From a phage, in the sequence record PZ386953.1: a DNA stretch of 64,000 bases; one strand, written 5' to 3'. This document shows positions 19,660-29,334 of the stretch, piece after piece (position 1 is the first letter of the stretch; each line of letters starts with the position of its first letter). The notes beneath the pieces are model-generated. The model did no database searches and was not told where the DNA came from. It saw only the letters and a program-made list of their open reading frames with translations. Position numbers and translations under genes: made by a program.

Positions 19660-20843
19660 TGTCAAGAAACGTATTCGAAAGTGGTCAAATCACTGTCCGT
19701 GAGTTGCCAGCTATTATTCAGTTTGCCCAACGTCATAGCCGATCTGTCCTAATTTTGGGACCAATGGGTGTGGGTAAAAGCCAGGTGATGAAGCAGATCG
19801 CTGATAATATGTTCGGTGAGCGAGATGACAACCTTGTTGACGTGCGACTGTCAGATAAAGATCCTGCCGACTTATCTGGGCTACCTATCCCTGTAGAAGC
19901 GGATGGAACTACACGTACAGTGTTTGCAATTCCAGAATTTTGGCCTGCGAATCCTGACTGGAGCGGAATTATCTTTCTGGATGAGCTCACTCATGCAGAT
20001 AACTACCTGCAAAAGGTTGCAATGCAAATTATGCTTGACCACAAGTGCGGCACCTATGCATTCCCTAAGGGCTCTGTTTTTGTGGCTGCGGGTAACCGTT
20101 CTACAGATGGTGCGGTTCTTTCGGCGCTCGAAGCCCCTCTGGCTAACCGTTTTATCATTGTAGAGGTTACAAGCAATGCAGAGGTGTTTATTGAGGACTA
20201 CGCATTCCTCAACGGGGTTCACTCCTCTGTAATTGGGTATCTGAAAAGAGTTCCATCAGCTATTGATAATTATGAGGCTATGGCTGAGATTAATTGTCCA
20301 TCTTTTGCCACACCACGATCTTGGGTTGCTGCATCTGACATCTTGCACGATTTTGACAGCGGTATTATTTCTGACGCTATGGCCCGTGTTCTTCTGCAAG
20401 GTGCTATTGGTCACACTGCAGCGGTAGAGATCTGGACTTACCACACCAAGAAACGTAATTTACCGGAAATCGGTCGGATTATGGCAGGTGGCTGCAAAGA
20501 ATATGTAGGTCCTAAGCAGCCAGACATTTTGTGGATTCTTGGATCTGAAGGTTGTATCGCTATTCGCAATATGATGGAAAATGCAAGTATCTCAGACGAA
20601 GATCTTGTCAGCTGCGTGGCAAACTTCCTCGATTTCCTTTGGGAAAACTTCAAGGACGAGAACCGAGATTTTGTATTCTCAGTCTTTATGGCGATGATGA
20701 AACCTAATGCCTTAGGAAATGCCTTGCTTATCGGTAAAGGGCGTGACAAGATTGTTGCTCAGCTGATCAAAGCATACCCAAACCTGATGAAGATTGTAAA
20801 AGAGTTTGGTGAAGAGTTTAGCGCCATTTTGGCTAAAGCTTAA
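19659..20843 (+). CDS. MoxR-like AAA+ ATPase (AAA_5 type)
   Basis: Walker A LILGPMGVGKSQV, Walker B IIFLDELTHAD, sensor region VFVAAGNRS. Confidence 0.75.
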   Translation: MSRNVFESGQITVRELPAIIQFAQRHSRSVLILGPMGVGKSQVMKQIADNMFGERDDNLVDVRLSDKDPADLSGLPIPVEADGTTRTVFAIPEFWPANPDWSGIIFLDELTHADNYLQKVAMQIMLDHKCGTYAFPKGSVFVAAGNRSTDGAVLSALEAPLANRFIIVEVTSNAEVFIEDYAFLNGVHSSVIGYLKRVPSAIDNYEAMAEINCPSFATPRSWVAASDILHDFDSGIISDAMARVLLQGAIGHTAAVEIWTYHTKKRNLPEIGRIMAGGCKEYVGPKQPDILWILGSEGCIAIRNMMENASISDEDLVSCVANFLDFLWENFKDENRDFVFSVFMAMMKPNALGNALLIGKGRDKIVAQLIKAYPNLMKIVKEFGEEFSAILAKA

Positions 20844-20853
20844 GGGGGGTTGT

Positions 20854-21234
20854 ATGGCTAAAGTAGGTAAGCGGGGAAACTACCTGGTGGTATTGACCGA
20901 GGAGCCGGAGAAGGAGTACGAATGCAGCTCCACTTGCGTGATCGATATCCGAGAAAAAGATGTAGATGAAGTCTGGTTTAAAATATTGGACGCTTGCGAT
21001 AGCAGTGATTATTTCTTCATTTATGTCAACGATAAGGCTGGATTCTTCCATGACGACGGAGAGTTGCCGTATGAAATCTATGAACTTGTAGAGGCTTGCC
21101 ATCGTGGAGATGCGGAGTTGTTTGGCCTACGGCTGAAAAGCGGTAAATTCTTCTATCAAGATGAGTGCATGAATCTTCATAACTTTGTAGAGGGAACTTG
21201 CAACGATGGAGAGATTTTGGCACACTACGATTAA
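20854..21234 (+). CDS. hypothetical protein
   Basis: ATG at 20854 preceded by AAGGGGGG SD; Cys/acidic-rich. Confidence 0.45.
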   Translation: MAKVGKRGNYLVVLTEEPEKEYECSSTCVIDIREKDVDEVWFKILDACDSSDYFFIYVNDKAGFFHDDGELPYEIYELVEACHRGDAELFGLRLKSGKFFYQDECMNLHNFVEGTCNDGEILAHYD

Positions 21235-21246
21235 TTTCTAAGACCT

Positions 21247-21273
21247 CCCCCGCTTCGGCGGGGATTTTCTATT
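21247..21273 (+). terminator. intrinsic terminator
   Basis: Hairpin CCCCGC-TTCG-GCGGGG followed by ATTTTCTATTT. Confidence 0.7.
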
Positions 21274-21283
21274 TGGAGTCATT

Positions 21284-21784
21284 GTGAAAATTAAGATCTT
21301 TGCTATTATTTTGAGCGCACTTTTATCGCTGCCTGTTGTTGCAGCACCAAAACAAAAAGTATATCATACTTGCAAGCCATCAGATACTAAGGAAAACATT
21401 CTGGCATGCAATATCTACAGGGAAGCTAGAGGAGATGGCACGATGGGTATGCTGGCATCTGGGTTTGCCACACTAAACAGGAAATCCCACCCTAAATACC
21501 CAGACACTATAAGAAAGATTGTCTACCAACCTAACCAGTTTTCGTGGACAAACCACGGCAAAACTTTTAAGGTGACAGAAAAAGATTCATGGGATCACGC
21601 TAAAAGTCTTGCAAAGATGCTTCTAAAGGTCTATAATAACAACCATGTTGCATACATGGCTATGGACATAACAGGTGGAGCAACACACTACCATACAACC
21701 AAAGTACGACCGAAATGGGCAAAAAAGATGCAGAGGACAGCTCAATTCGGGAGCCATATCTACTACAAGGAGCGCAATAAATGA
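21284..21784 (+). CDS. secreted SleB-like cell wall hydrolase (candidate signal-peptide endolysin)
   Basis: N-terminal signal peptide MKIKIFAIILSALLSLPVVAAP; SleB/Hydrolase_2-like motifs CNIYREARGD ... LNR ... QFSW. Confidence 0.6.
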   Translation: MKIKIFAIILSALLSLPVVAAPKQKVYHTCKPSDTKENILACNIYREARGDGTMGMLASGFATLNRKSHPKYPDTIRKIVYQPNQFSWTNHGKTFKVTEKDSWDHAKSLAKMLLKVYNNNHVAYMAMDITGGATHYHTTKVRPKWAKKMQRTAQFGSHIYYKERNK

Positions 21785-23763
21785 TTGTAAACAGTAATGA
21801 AACTAAAGCAGTGCTGACCGGAAATATGGAGGTCACCAGGGGCTCAATTTCTCTGAACAAAGAGACTTTTGGGCTAATCATTAAAGGGATTTACGAAGAT
21901 AAGGTGCTGGCAAGCTGCCGTGAACCAATCTTCAATGCTGTGGACTCCCATGTTGAGTCTGGACGGGGTGATGTACCGATCATCATTCACTCTCCTACAG
22001 ACCTTGAACCATACTTCTTTGTGCAGGACGTTGGATTGGGCATGTCAGAAGAGATGGTCCGCAACACTTTCATGAATCTCGGGGAGTCAACCAAGCGCAA
22101 CAGCAACGCTCTGGTAGGTAATAAAGGTGTTGGTTCAAAGGCTCCGTTCAGTATGGTGGACACTTTCGATGTTATCAGTGTGCACAATGGTGTTGAAAGC
22201 ACATATCTATTGTTCTTGGATCAGGGTATCCCAAACGTTACCAAGATCCGTGAGCGGAAGACTGAAGAGCACAACGGGGTAAAAGTTCAGTTCCATGTTA
22301 AGAAAGAGCATGTCCTGAAATATCGCACTGCTATTGCATCGTGCTTACGCTATGCGAAGTTTCCGTTCATCGTCACCGATCCTATGACCAGTAAGATGTT
22401 AGAAGGTGACAAGGTTGAGGCACAGTATCATTACGAGAAGGATGGCTGGAAAATGACCATCCTGAAAGGTTATACCAGTTCTGATGAGAGCCGTGTTGTG
22501 ATGGGTCACCAACCTTACCGCTCCAAGTTCCTGGAGACATTGACCGATTACCCTGCAATCTGCGTGGAAATTCCTATTGGGGATTGCAATATTAACCCTG
22601 GGCGTGAATGGACCATAGAGGGCCATGACGACGGTGGATTCCAGGATCGCCTGGAGGCCTTTGTCAAAGAAGGTATACGTCTTCGCGGGGCAGAAGTTAT
22701 TGCAGAACTGGAGACGGCAAAAACCTCCGCAGAAGCACGTGAAATGATGAAGAATAGTGGAGTGTTCGGACACATCTTCGGCAAAAACTTTATGTGGAAC
22801 CGTTGGGAAGAAACAGGGCTTGGCGACTTAGGCGATTGTGAAATTTTCGCTGGCGGCTTAAATAAAGGCCGCATAGGCTATGCTCGTTACGGAAAGTCGG
22901 AGTTCTTACGAGGTGTATACCTTGTATTTAACGACGGAGATGGTAAATATAACCGAAATAAGTGTAACTACTTAAGCGAAATCACCGGACGCAACGTTTT
23001 CTATTGCCGGAACACGGATCTGGTGAAAGAGTTTAAAGAGGCGGCACACCATCCGTTCTTTGCAGATACTGTCAAATTGTTATCAGAGCTCCCTCGCCGA
23101 CCTGCGAAGAAAGGTGAAACAAAAACTCATTACGAGCCAGGTTATTGGGTTAAAAAGCTTGAGAAGGATGGTTACTTCCGTCGTGAACGTATTACTAAGG
23201 CAGAGTTCAAGAAGATTAAGCACTGCATTCCTTATGAGGGTGATATCCAACGTGGAAGTTGTTGGCTGGGACAGCTGAGTAACATCTACCAGCAAAATTA
23301 TGACCGTGTGCGTGCTGCACTCCAGATTCCTGAAGGTGAAGATCTGTACTTGGTATCAGAATCTCGTCTGCTTTGGACTGATCCTGATTGCCAGTATGTT
23401 ACAGAGAAGAATGTGGAACACTTGTTGAAAGAGGATGCTTGGAAATTCTTACTGACTCGCGCAGCAAATGAAACTTCATATGACAGCTTGTATAGACAAT
23501 TAGGGAAAATTATCCCCATGCAGGATTTTGGAAATTATCGGCCACATTTCCACAAGTGGGAAGGTAACACCGCGTGGAAGCACAGTGAGCTAAATCATCG
23601 TGCCAAAATCTTAATCGCCAACCGGGTTAAGTGCGGGAAGGCCTATATTGCAAGATTGGAAAAGAAATATCCACTTTTGAAGCATGTGGGCTTGAAATAT
23701 TGGGACACCCCTGCTATGATTGAATACCGTGAGCTGATCGATACAAAGAATAACATCAAATAA
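21781..23763 (+). CDS. rIIA: rIIA-like protein with N-terminal GHKL ATPase domain
   Basis: GHKL N-box EPIFNAVDSH, G1 box QDVGLGMS, G2 box GNKGVGSKAPF; size and position before an rIIB-sized gene. Confidence 0.55.
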   Translation: MIVNSNETKAVLTGNMEVTRGSISLNKETFGLIIKGIYEDKVLASCREPIFNAVDSHVESGRGDVPIIIHSPTDLEPYFFVQDVGLGMSEEMVRNTFMNLGESTKRNSNALVGNKGVGSKAPFSMVDTFDVISVHNGVESTYLLFLDQGIPNVTKIRERKTEEHNGVKVQFHVKKEHVLKYRTAIASCLRYAKFPFIVTDPMTSKMLEGDKVEAQYHYEKDGWKMTILKGYTSSDESRVVMGHQPYRSKFLETLTDYPAICVEIPIGDCNINPGREWTIEGHDDGGFQDRLEAFVKEGIRLRGAEVIAELETAKTSAEAREMMKNSGVFGHIFGKNFMWNRWEETGLGDLGDCEIFAGGLNKGRIGYARYGKSEFLRGVYLVFNDGDGKYNRNKCNYLSEITGRNVFYCRNTDLVKEFKEAAHHPFFADTVKLLSELPRRPAKKGETKTHYEPGYWVKKLEKDGYFRRERITKAEFKKIKHCIPYEGDIQRGSCWLGQLSNIYQQNYDRVRAALQIPEGEDLYLVSESRLLWTDPDCQYVTEKNVEHLLKEDAWKFLLTRAANETSYDSLYRQLGKIIPMQDFGNYRPHFHKWEGNTAWKHSELNHRAKILIANRVKCGKAYIARLEKKYPLLKHVGLKYWDTPAMIEYRELIDTKNNIK

Positions 23764-23773
23764 GGAGACCAAG

Positions 23774-24979
23774 ATGATTTTCATCTACGAACATTTCAAA
23801 ACCCGTAAAGAAGCACGAGACCGCCGTGCAGAACTTGAGAAGAAGGGTTTCACATGTGCCGTTGAGAAAGGCGACACAACCTGGACACTGGCAGTTGGTG
23901 CCCCAGAGTTGTTCGATCCTGACCGTGACAGCGTCTGCTACACCCGTGAGGATTTTGAAACCCGCGAAGAGGCCCGTTTATTTCGATACGGTCTGGAAGA
24001 TAACGGTAAGTACGCTATGATCTTAGATTTAGGCGAAGGTTCCGTTAAACGTTGGGGCGTGGTATACCCACTGTGTGTTGTTCACGGTGTGGGGTTCACT
24101 GGGGTGGCAATCAAGTCAGAAGAACCTTTAGTAGAAGTCAAAGATCCGGTGCTGGAGGTGGTGAGCAGTGTGTCTCAGCAACAGACTCGAAACATCGAGC
24201 CTTTGGTGGTTATTTGTGGGGAACTCCTCCAGATCACCTGCAACGAAGGCATTTTTGAAATTCGCCGCAGCGAAAGTGAGGAAGTTTACCAGAAAGTCTT
24301 CGACCATATCTCTGTTCAGGAATATGACGAGGCAATTGGTGAAATCCTTGTCTGGTTGGAACGCAAGAATGAGTTCACTACACTTGCAGACAACCTGATT
24401 ATGAAAGATGGTAAGCTCTATTACTACGGTGTAGAGATGCAATCTACCATTGCAAAGAAAATTGAGGAAGATTATATAGATGGAACACTGGACGACCGAT
24501 ATGTTAAATTCCTTGTCCGTCTGCTACGCAACCCGTCTGCAAAATCTGTGAACATGCTCTACGATTTCATGCAGGCTAATGACATCCAGGTTGCAGAAGA
24601 TGGTCGAATCATTTGCTATAAGGGGGTTCAGTTTAACGGAAGCAAGTGGGTGGATTGGCACAGCGGTAAAGTTCCACAATACCAGGGTGCTTTTGTATCC
24701 ATGCCTCGTAACTTTGTAGAAGATGATCCGGAAGCTGCGTGTTCTTATGGCCTGCACTGCGCCAGCAAAGAGTATGCAGCGGGCTATGGCACCGTAATGA
24801 TGGTTATGGTTGACCCTGCGGATGTGGTTAGTGTGCCATACCAACACAACAGTGCTAAGTGCCGTGCATGCCGCTACGAAATCGTAGCAGCACCGGAATC
24901 ACGCAAAGATGGCGATCCGATTGAATACGTGGTTGACCGTGATGGTAACACTATCGACATTCTTTACGAGGAGGCGTAA
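23774..24979 (+). CDS. rIIB: rIIB-like protein (putative)
   Basis: 401-aa ORF immediately downstream of the rIIA-like gene; assignment by synteny only. Confidence 0.3.
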   Translation: MIFIYEHFKTRKEARDRRAELEKKGFTCAVEKGDTTWTLAVGAPELFDPDRDSVCYTREDFETREEARLFRYGLEDNGKYAMILDLGEGSVKRWGVVYPLCVVHGVGFTGVAIKSEEPLVEVKDPVLEVVSSVSQQQTRNIEPLVVICGELLQITCNEGIFEIRRSESEEVYQKVFDHISVQEYDEAIGEILVWLERKNEFTTLADNLIMKDGKLYYYGVEMQSTIAKKIEEDYIDGTLDDRYVKFLVRLLRNPSAKSVNMLYDFMQANDIQVAEDGRIICYKGVQFNGSKWVDWHSGKVPQYQGAFVSMPRNFVEDDPEAACSYGLHCASKEYAAGYGTVMMVMVDPADVVSVPYQHNSAKCRACRYEIVAAPESRKDGDPIEYVVDRDGNTIDILYEEA

Positions 24980-26349
24980 TGGAAAAAGGGCAGTATGATG
25001 TAGGCACAGATGCTGCCCTCGTTGCAATCATGAGCGGTGAGAATGTCTTCGTTTCAGGACCCGCAGGTTGTGGGAAGACGTACCTCATCAACATGATCCA
25101 GTCAATGTATGGAGACTCTTGCATAACGGTTGCCCCGACAGGGGTAGCCGCTTTAAACGTTAATGGAGCAACAGCACACCGAACCTTCGATCTTGCAGCA
25201 GGTGTGAGCATGGAGTCAGACTGGACCGCAATAAGGGCAAAAACAGCAAAGCCTTTGAAGAGCAAGGCATTTACCATCCTAATTATCGATGAAATCTCTA
25301 TGATCCGTGCTGATAAGTTTATAGAGATGGATAGGAAACTCCGCTTCCTTCGAAAAAATGACAAACCTTTCGGAGGCATACAGGTCATATTGTTTGGCGA
25401 TTTTTACCAGGCACCTCCTGTTGTCTCTTCTATGGAGAAGGAAGCCTACTTCAACTTCTACCATACGGACTTGTGTTGCTATACCGAATCTTGGAAAGAG
25501 CTTGACCTCCACAACATAGCCCTAATAGATCAGTTCCGACAGGAGTCTATTCGATTTGCTACAATGCTCAACTGTGTTCGTGAGGGTCGTCGTATAAAAG
25601 AGGTTGTAGCAGAACTTAATGCTCGCTGTTACAAAGGAGGTGTACCAACAGACGCTCTCACAATTTGCGCCACCAACAAACAAGCAGAGGAAGTGAACAG
25701 AAGGTTCTATGATGCCATCAACGCCCCAGAGAAGGTATACACTGGTGAAATGAAGGGTAAGTTTCCCTCTACCTTGCCAGTTGAGCAGGAGATGAAGTTG
25801 AAAATTGGCATGAAAGTTATGATAACCGCCAACGATGTTGACCCGACGCACAAAGTACCTTATTATGTTAACGGAACACGTGCCACAATTGTTAAATTTA
25901 AGAACAAGGCGGTGGTGGTGGAGCTTGAAGATGGAACACAGGTTGACATAGAACAAAGGTTGTGGGAGAATAACGAGTATAAGCCATCTCAAAGATACAA
26001 CATTGCAGAAAGGAAGATGGAGAAGTTTATAGAGAGGGTAGTGATTGGATCATACAAGCAACTCCCTCTGAAATCTGGGTACGCCGTAACATCTCATAAA
26101 AGTCAAGGACTTACGCTAGATTGTTACAACCTGGACCTTGGAAAGAACGGAGCTTTCTCTCCTGGGATGACGTATGTTGCTTTGAGTCGAGTTAAGACAA
26201 TACAAGGAATAAACTTGTTGCGTCCACTAAGAGAAGTTGACATTATTGTTGACCCGCGAGTAGTAGAGTTTTACAATACAACCTTTCCTGACTTAGACAA
26301 AATTGTCAGGAAAGATTTTGAAACCAGAGCAGAAGAGGGGGACGTATGA
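24979..26349 (+). CDS. dda: Dda/RecD/Pif1-like SF1B DNA helicase
   Basis: Walker A VSGPAGCGKTY, motif II ILIIDEISMI, motif III ILFGDFYQAPPV, motif V YAVTSHKSQGLT, motif VI YVALSRVK. Confidence 0.75.
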   Translation: MEKGQYDVGTDAALVAIMSGENVFVSGPAGCGKTYLINMIQSMYGDSCITVAPTGVAALNVNGATAHRTFDLAAGVSMESDWTAIRAKTAKPLKSKAFTILIIDEISMIRADKFIEMDRKLRFLRKNDKPFGGIQVILFGDFYQAPPVVSSMEKEAYFNFYHTDLCCYTESWKELDLHNIALIDQFRQESIRFATMLNCVREGRRIKEVVAELNARCYKGGVPTDALTICATNKQAEEVNRRFYDAINAPEKVYTGEMKGKFPSTLPVEQEMKLKIGMKVMITANDVDPTHKVPYYVNGTRATIVKFKNKAVVVELEDGTQVDIEQRLWENNEYKPSQRYNIAERKMEKFIERVVIGSYKQLPLKSGYAVTSHKSQGLTLDCYNLDLGKNGAFSPGMTYVALSRVKTIQGINLLRPLREVDIIVDPRVVEFYNTTFPDLDKIVRKDFETRAEEGDV

Positions 26350-26687
26350 GTTTGTGGAGAAATATAGTTAACTACGTGTGTGGCAATCCAACTCCTGAAG
26401 AGAAGGATGTTGTGATTCACGATTTTACTAAAAGATCTCGTGAAAAAGATCTACTGCTGACAAAGGTGACTGATAAAGATCCTGCAGTAGGGGACTGGGC
26501 AGGTTTTGCGTTTACATCGGACAAATACACCTTTAACAAAGGTGACTATCTTGTTGTGGATTTTAACGAAGACATCGAGGGTGCTGAACCTTACTATCAA
26601 ACCCTTATTGTTGCAGGGTGTGTTAATCTCTCTGCAGGTATGCACAGTTTGATTCTTTTTGAGCTTGACTCTGAAGACCTTGAGTAG
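26346..26687 (+). CDS. hypothetical protein
   Basis: 113-aa ORF. Confidence 0.45.
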   Translation: MSLWRNIVNYVCGNPTPEEKDVVIHDFTKRSREKDLLLTKVTDKDPAVGDWAGFAFTSDKYTFNKGDYLVVDFNEDIEGAEPYYQTLIVAGCVNLSAGMHSLILFELDSEDLE

Positions 26688-26748
26688 TAAGATGTGAGTA
26701 TAAAGGGGAGGCACTCCTCCCCACAAAAACTAAGGAGAGCACCAAACG

Positions 26749-28074
26749 ATGAGTAAAACCAAATTAGAACTAACCTGGATAGGTAAAAACGAGCGCAAAA
26801 AGTTAGAGCCGCACATTTTGTTAGAAGATTCTAGCAAGTCTTACCACAGCCAGAAAGTGACTGAAAACGATATTTTTGATAATAAACTGATTTTTGGAGA
26901 TAACTTATTAGCATTGAAGGCGCTAGAGCAAGAGTATGCAGGCAAAGTGAAGTGTGTTTACATAGACCCACCATTCAATACTGGAAGGGCTTTTGAGCAC
27001 TACGATGATAGCCTTGAGCATTCCATTTGGCTGGGCTTAATGAGGGATAGGTTAGAAATAATTCGTAATCTTCTAAGTGATGATGGGGTAATATTCGTTC
27101 ACTTAGATGATTGCGAAATGGCGTATTTAAAAGTTTTGATGGACGAGATTTTTGGTCGTGCAAATCAGTTAAATACCATATCGATGACCACAAATTCCCC
27201 TTCGGGATTTAAGGCAATAGGAGCCACAGTTTTCTCCACAGCAAACTTTTTGCTTGTATATGCAAAAGATCGCACCCAGAAACCGCTTAACAAAATCTAT
27301 ATACCTAAAGGGTATGATACAGGATATAACAAATACCTATTAAACCCGGATGACCATTATAAAAATTGGACGTGGTGCGGTATTGCCGATGCGTTTGCAA
27401 AGGCCAATGGCTATAAAGATGCAAAAGAGGCCAAGAAAAAACTGCCTGATACATTCGATGATGAATTAGCACAATTCGCAATTGATAATGCAGAACGTGT
27501 ATTTCAATCTGTTGCAATCGGCGGTGGTGCTAAAATAAAGAGAAAAGAAACTATCGAGAAGTCAAAGAAAGATAGGGATAAGGTTTATGTACATCCAAAT
27601 GAAGATGTTGAAGGATTTTATATCGTAAATGGTAGGCAAATGGTCTTTTACTCCAACAGGCTTTTGGAAATTGACGGTGATATGCAACCTGCGGAACTAA
27701 TAACTGATGTTTGGACAGACATTAGTTGGAATGGAATAGCAAATGAAGGCGGCGTTAGTTTCAAAAATGGGAAAAAACCAGAAGCGCTTTTGAAGCGAAT
27801 TTTCGAAATGTGTACGCGAGAAGGCGATTTGGTATTGGATTCATTCGGTGGTTCGGGAACTACTGCTGCTGTAGCTCACAAGATGAAAAGACGTTGGATC
27901 TCAATCGAGCTGGGTGATCATTGTCATACCCATATTATTCCGCGCTTGGAAAAAGTGATCGATGGTGAAGATCAAGGTGGTATTTCTAAGTCTGTAAACT
28001 GGCAAGGTGGTGGTGGCTTCAGTTATTACAAACTTGCCCCGACCTTAATTGCGAAAGATAAGTCTGATCAATAA
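26749..28074 (+). CDS. DNA methyltransferase (beta-class N6-adenine/N4-cytosine, type III Mod-like)
   Basis: Motif IV DPPF (VYIDPPFNT) N-terminal to motif I FxGxG (LDSFGGSGTT): circularly permuted beta-class order. Confidence 0.7.
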   Translation: MSKTKLELTWIGKNERKKLEPHILLEDSSKSYHSQKVTENDIFDNKLIFGDNLLALKALEQEYAGKVKCVYIDPPFNTGRAFEHYDDSLEHSIWLGLMRDRLEIIRNLLSDDGVIFVHLDDCEMAYLKVLMDEIFGRANQLNTISMTTNSPSGFKAIGATVFSTANFLLVYAKDRTQKPLNKIYIPKGYDTGYNKYLLNPDDHYKNWTWCGIADAFAKANGYKDAKEAKKKLPDTFDDELAQFAIDNAERVFQSVAIGGGAKIKRKETIEKSKKDRDKVYVHPNEDVEGFYIVNGRQMVFYSNRLLEIDGDMQPAELITDVWTDISWNGIANEGGVSFKNGKKPEALLKRIFEMCTREGDLVLDSFGGSGTTAAVAHKMKRRWISIELGDHCHTHIIPRLEKVIDGEDQGGISKSVNWQGGGGFSYYKLAPTLIAKDKSDQ

Positions 28075-28087
28075 AGAGTACAATCAA

Positions 28088-28393
28088 ATGATGAAATGTT
28101 ATAAACCATACACTTTTGAAATCGATTTCGAACTTGACGATATGTTCACTGTGGAAGCTCAGGCAGTTGTCCAGTTGCCAGACCCAGAGTGCCGTGATTC
28201 TGATGTTGACTATTACGGATTTAGACAAATTACCGATGTGCATGTTTACCACAACGGTGAAGAGGTGGACTTCCACCAATTGCCAAACGATATGCGCCAC
28301 TCAATTTACAAACGTGCAGCCCGTGAACTAGAGTCCTATCTGGATGCAGCGACGACAGCAGCTGCATTTGCTGAAGAAGTGGGAGGTTTCTGA
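28088..28393 (+). CDS. hypothetical protein
   Basis: ORF trimmed to first ATG after the methyltransferase stop. Confidence 0.4.
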   Translation: MMKCYKPYTFEIDFELDDMFTVEAQAVVQLPDPECRDSDVDYYGFRQITDVHVYHNGEEVDFHQLPNDMRHSIYKRAARELESYLDAATTAAAFAEEVGGF

Positions 28394-28788
28394 TGATTAC
28401 AGGTGTGAAGATTATCCAATACCACTTAACCAAATTGGAAGATGCTGAAAAAGAGCTTGCAGAAGTTCTAAATAGTGGATATACTTTGCTATCATGCGCC
28501 TGCTCAGACACCTACGCTGTGTGGACACTTATCCGGAAGGAGGAGCCTGCAGGGATCTTGGTGCCAAACCCTAAGATTATCAGTGAAGTGGATGACTGCT
28601 CTCAGGACGGCCTGTCAGAAGACTGGGAAGCATGGGAAGGTGGTGAAAACCCTGCACCAGGTAAGTGGGTAAAATACAAACTACGTAGCGGTGCACAGCA
28701 CGCTGGATACTCTGATAACCTGGACTGGAGTCATTCTTCACCGGAATCATTGGTAAGTGCATATGATATCGTTGCTTTTCAGGAATAA
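28393..28788 (+). CDS. hypothetical protein
   Basis: 131-aa ORF, ATGA overlap. Confidence 0.45.
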   Translation: MITGVKIIQYHLTKLEDAEKELAEVLNSGYTLLSCACSDTYAVWTLIRKEEPAGILVPNPKIISEVDDCSQDGLSEDWEAWEGGENPAPGKWVKYKLRSGAQHAGYSDNLDWSHSSPESLVSAYDIVAFQE

Positions 28789-28800
28789 GGAGAGAGTGTT

Positions 28801-29283
28801 ATGTCAGATTTTATGTGGAAAGTAGGTTATGCCTCTCCTGAAATGTGCGAGGCTTGCTTTGTAAAAATAGGCCGCGAGGATATTGACAAAGTGATCTTTA
28901 AGTTTCGTGATGTATCTGTGATCGGCAACCGAGTGCTTAAGCACTTAAAGAATCTGAAGCTCACCAAAAAGAAGTTCTTCGGACTTTTCGAAGAGAAAGT
29001 TGATGCTTGGACCCATTGCATTCAGGAAGCTAAATCTCACTACAGTGCTATCGTTACCCCAGAACGGGTAGCCAAGATGGAAGGATTCATCAACAGCACA
29101 GAGTTTGAGTGCCTAAAGGCTGCCCTTAATAGTTATCCAAAGTGCCTCAAACACCTTGACAAGTATGTAGAAAAGGATGGGGAAATGTATCTCACCCTGG
29201 ATGCATACTATGAGATGCAAGAAATTTTAAATTTAGATTTGACATTGGTATCCACCGAGTATACAATAGGTATCCGGGTTTAA
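28801..29283 (+). CDS. hypothetical protein
   Basis: 160-aa ORF with AAGGAGAGAG SD. Confidence 0.45.
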   Translation: MSDFMWKVGYASPEMCEACFVKIGREDIDKVIFKFRDVSVIGNRVLKHLKNLKLTKKKFFGLFEEKVDAWTHCIQEAKSHYSAIVTPERVAKMEGFINSTEFECLKAALNSYPKCLKHLDKYVEKDGEMYLTLDAYYEMQEILNLDLTLVSTEYTIGIRV

Positions 29284-29289
29284 CACTAG

Positions 29290-29316
29290 GCCCTGCCCGA
29301 AAGGGTGGGGCTTTTT
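29290..29316 (+). terminator. intrinsic terminator (hairpin identical to the one at 39424)
   Basis: GCCCTGCCC-GAAA-GGGTGGGGC then TTTTT; two G-U wobbles make it strand-specific. Confidence 0.75.
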
Positions 29317-29334
29317 GCATTAGGAGACAGCAAA

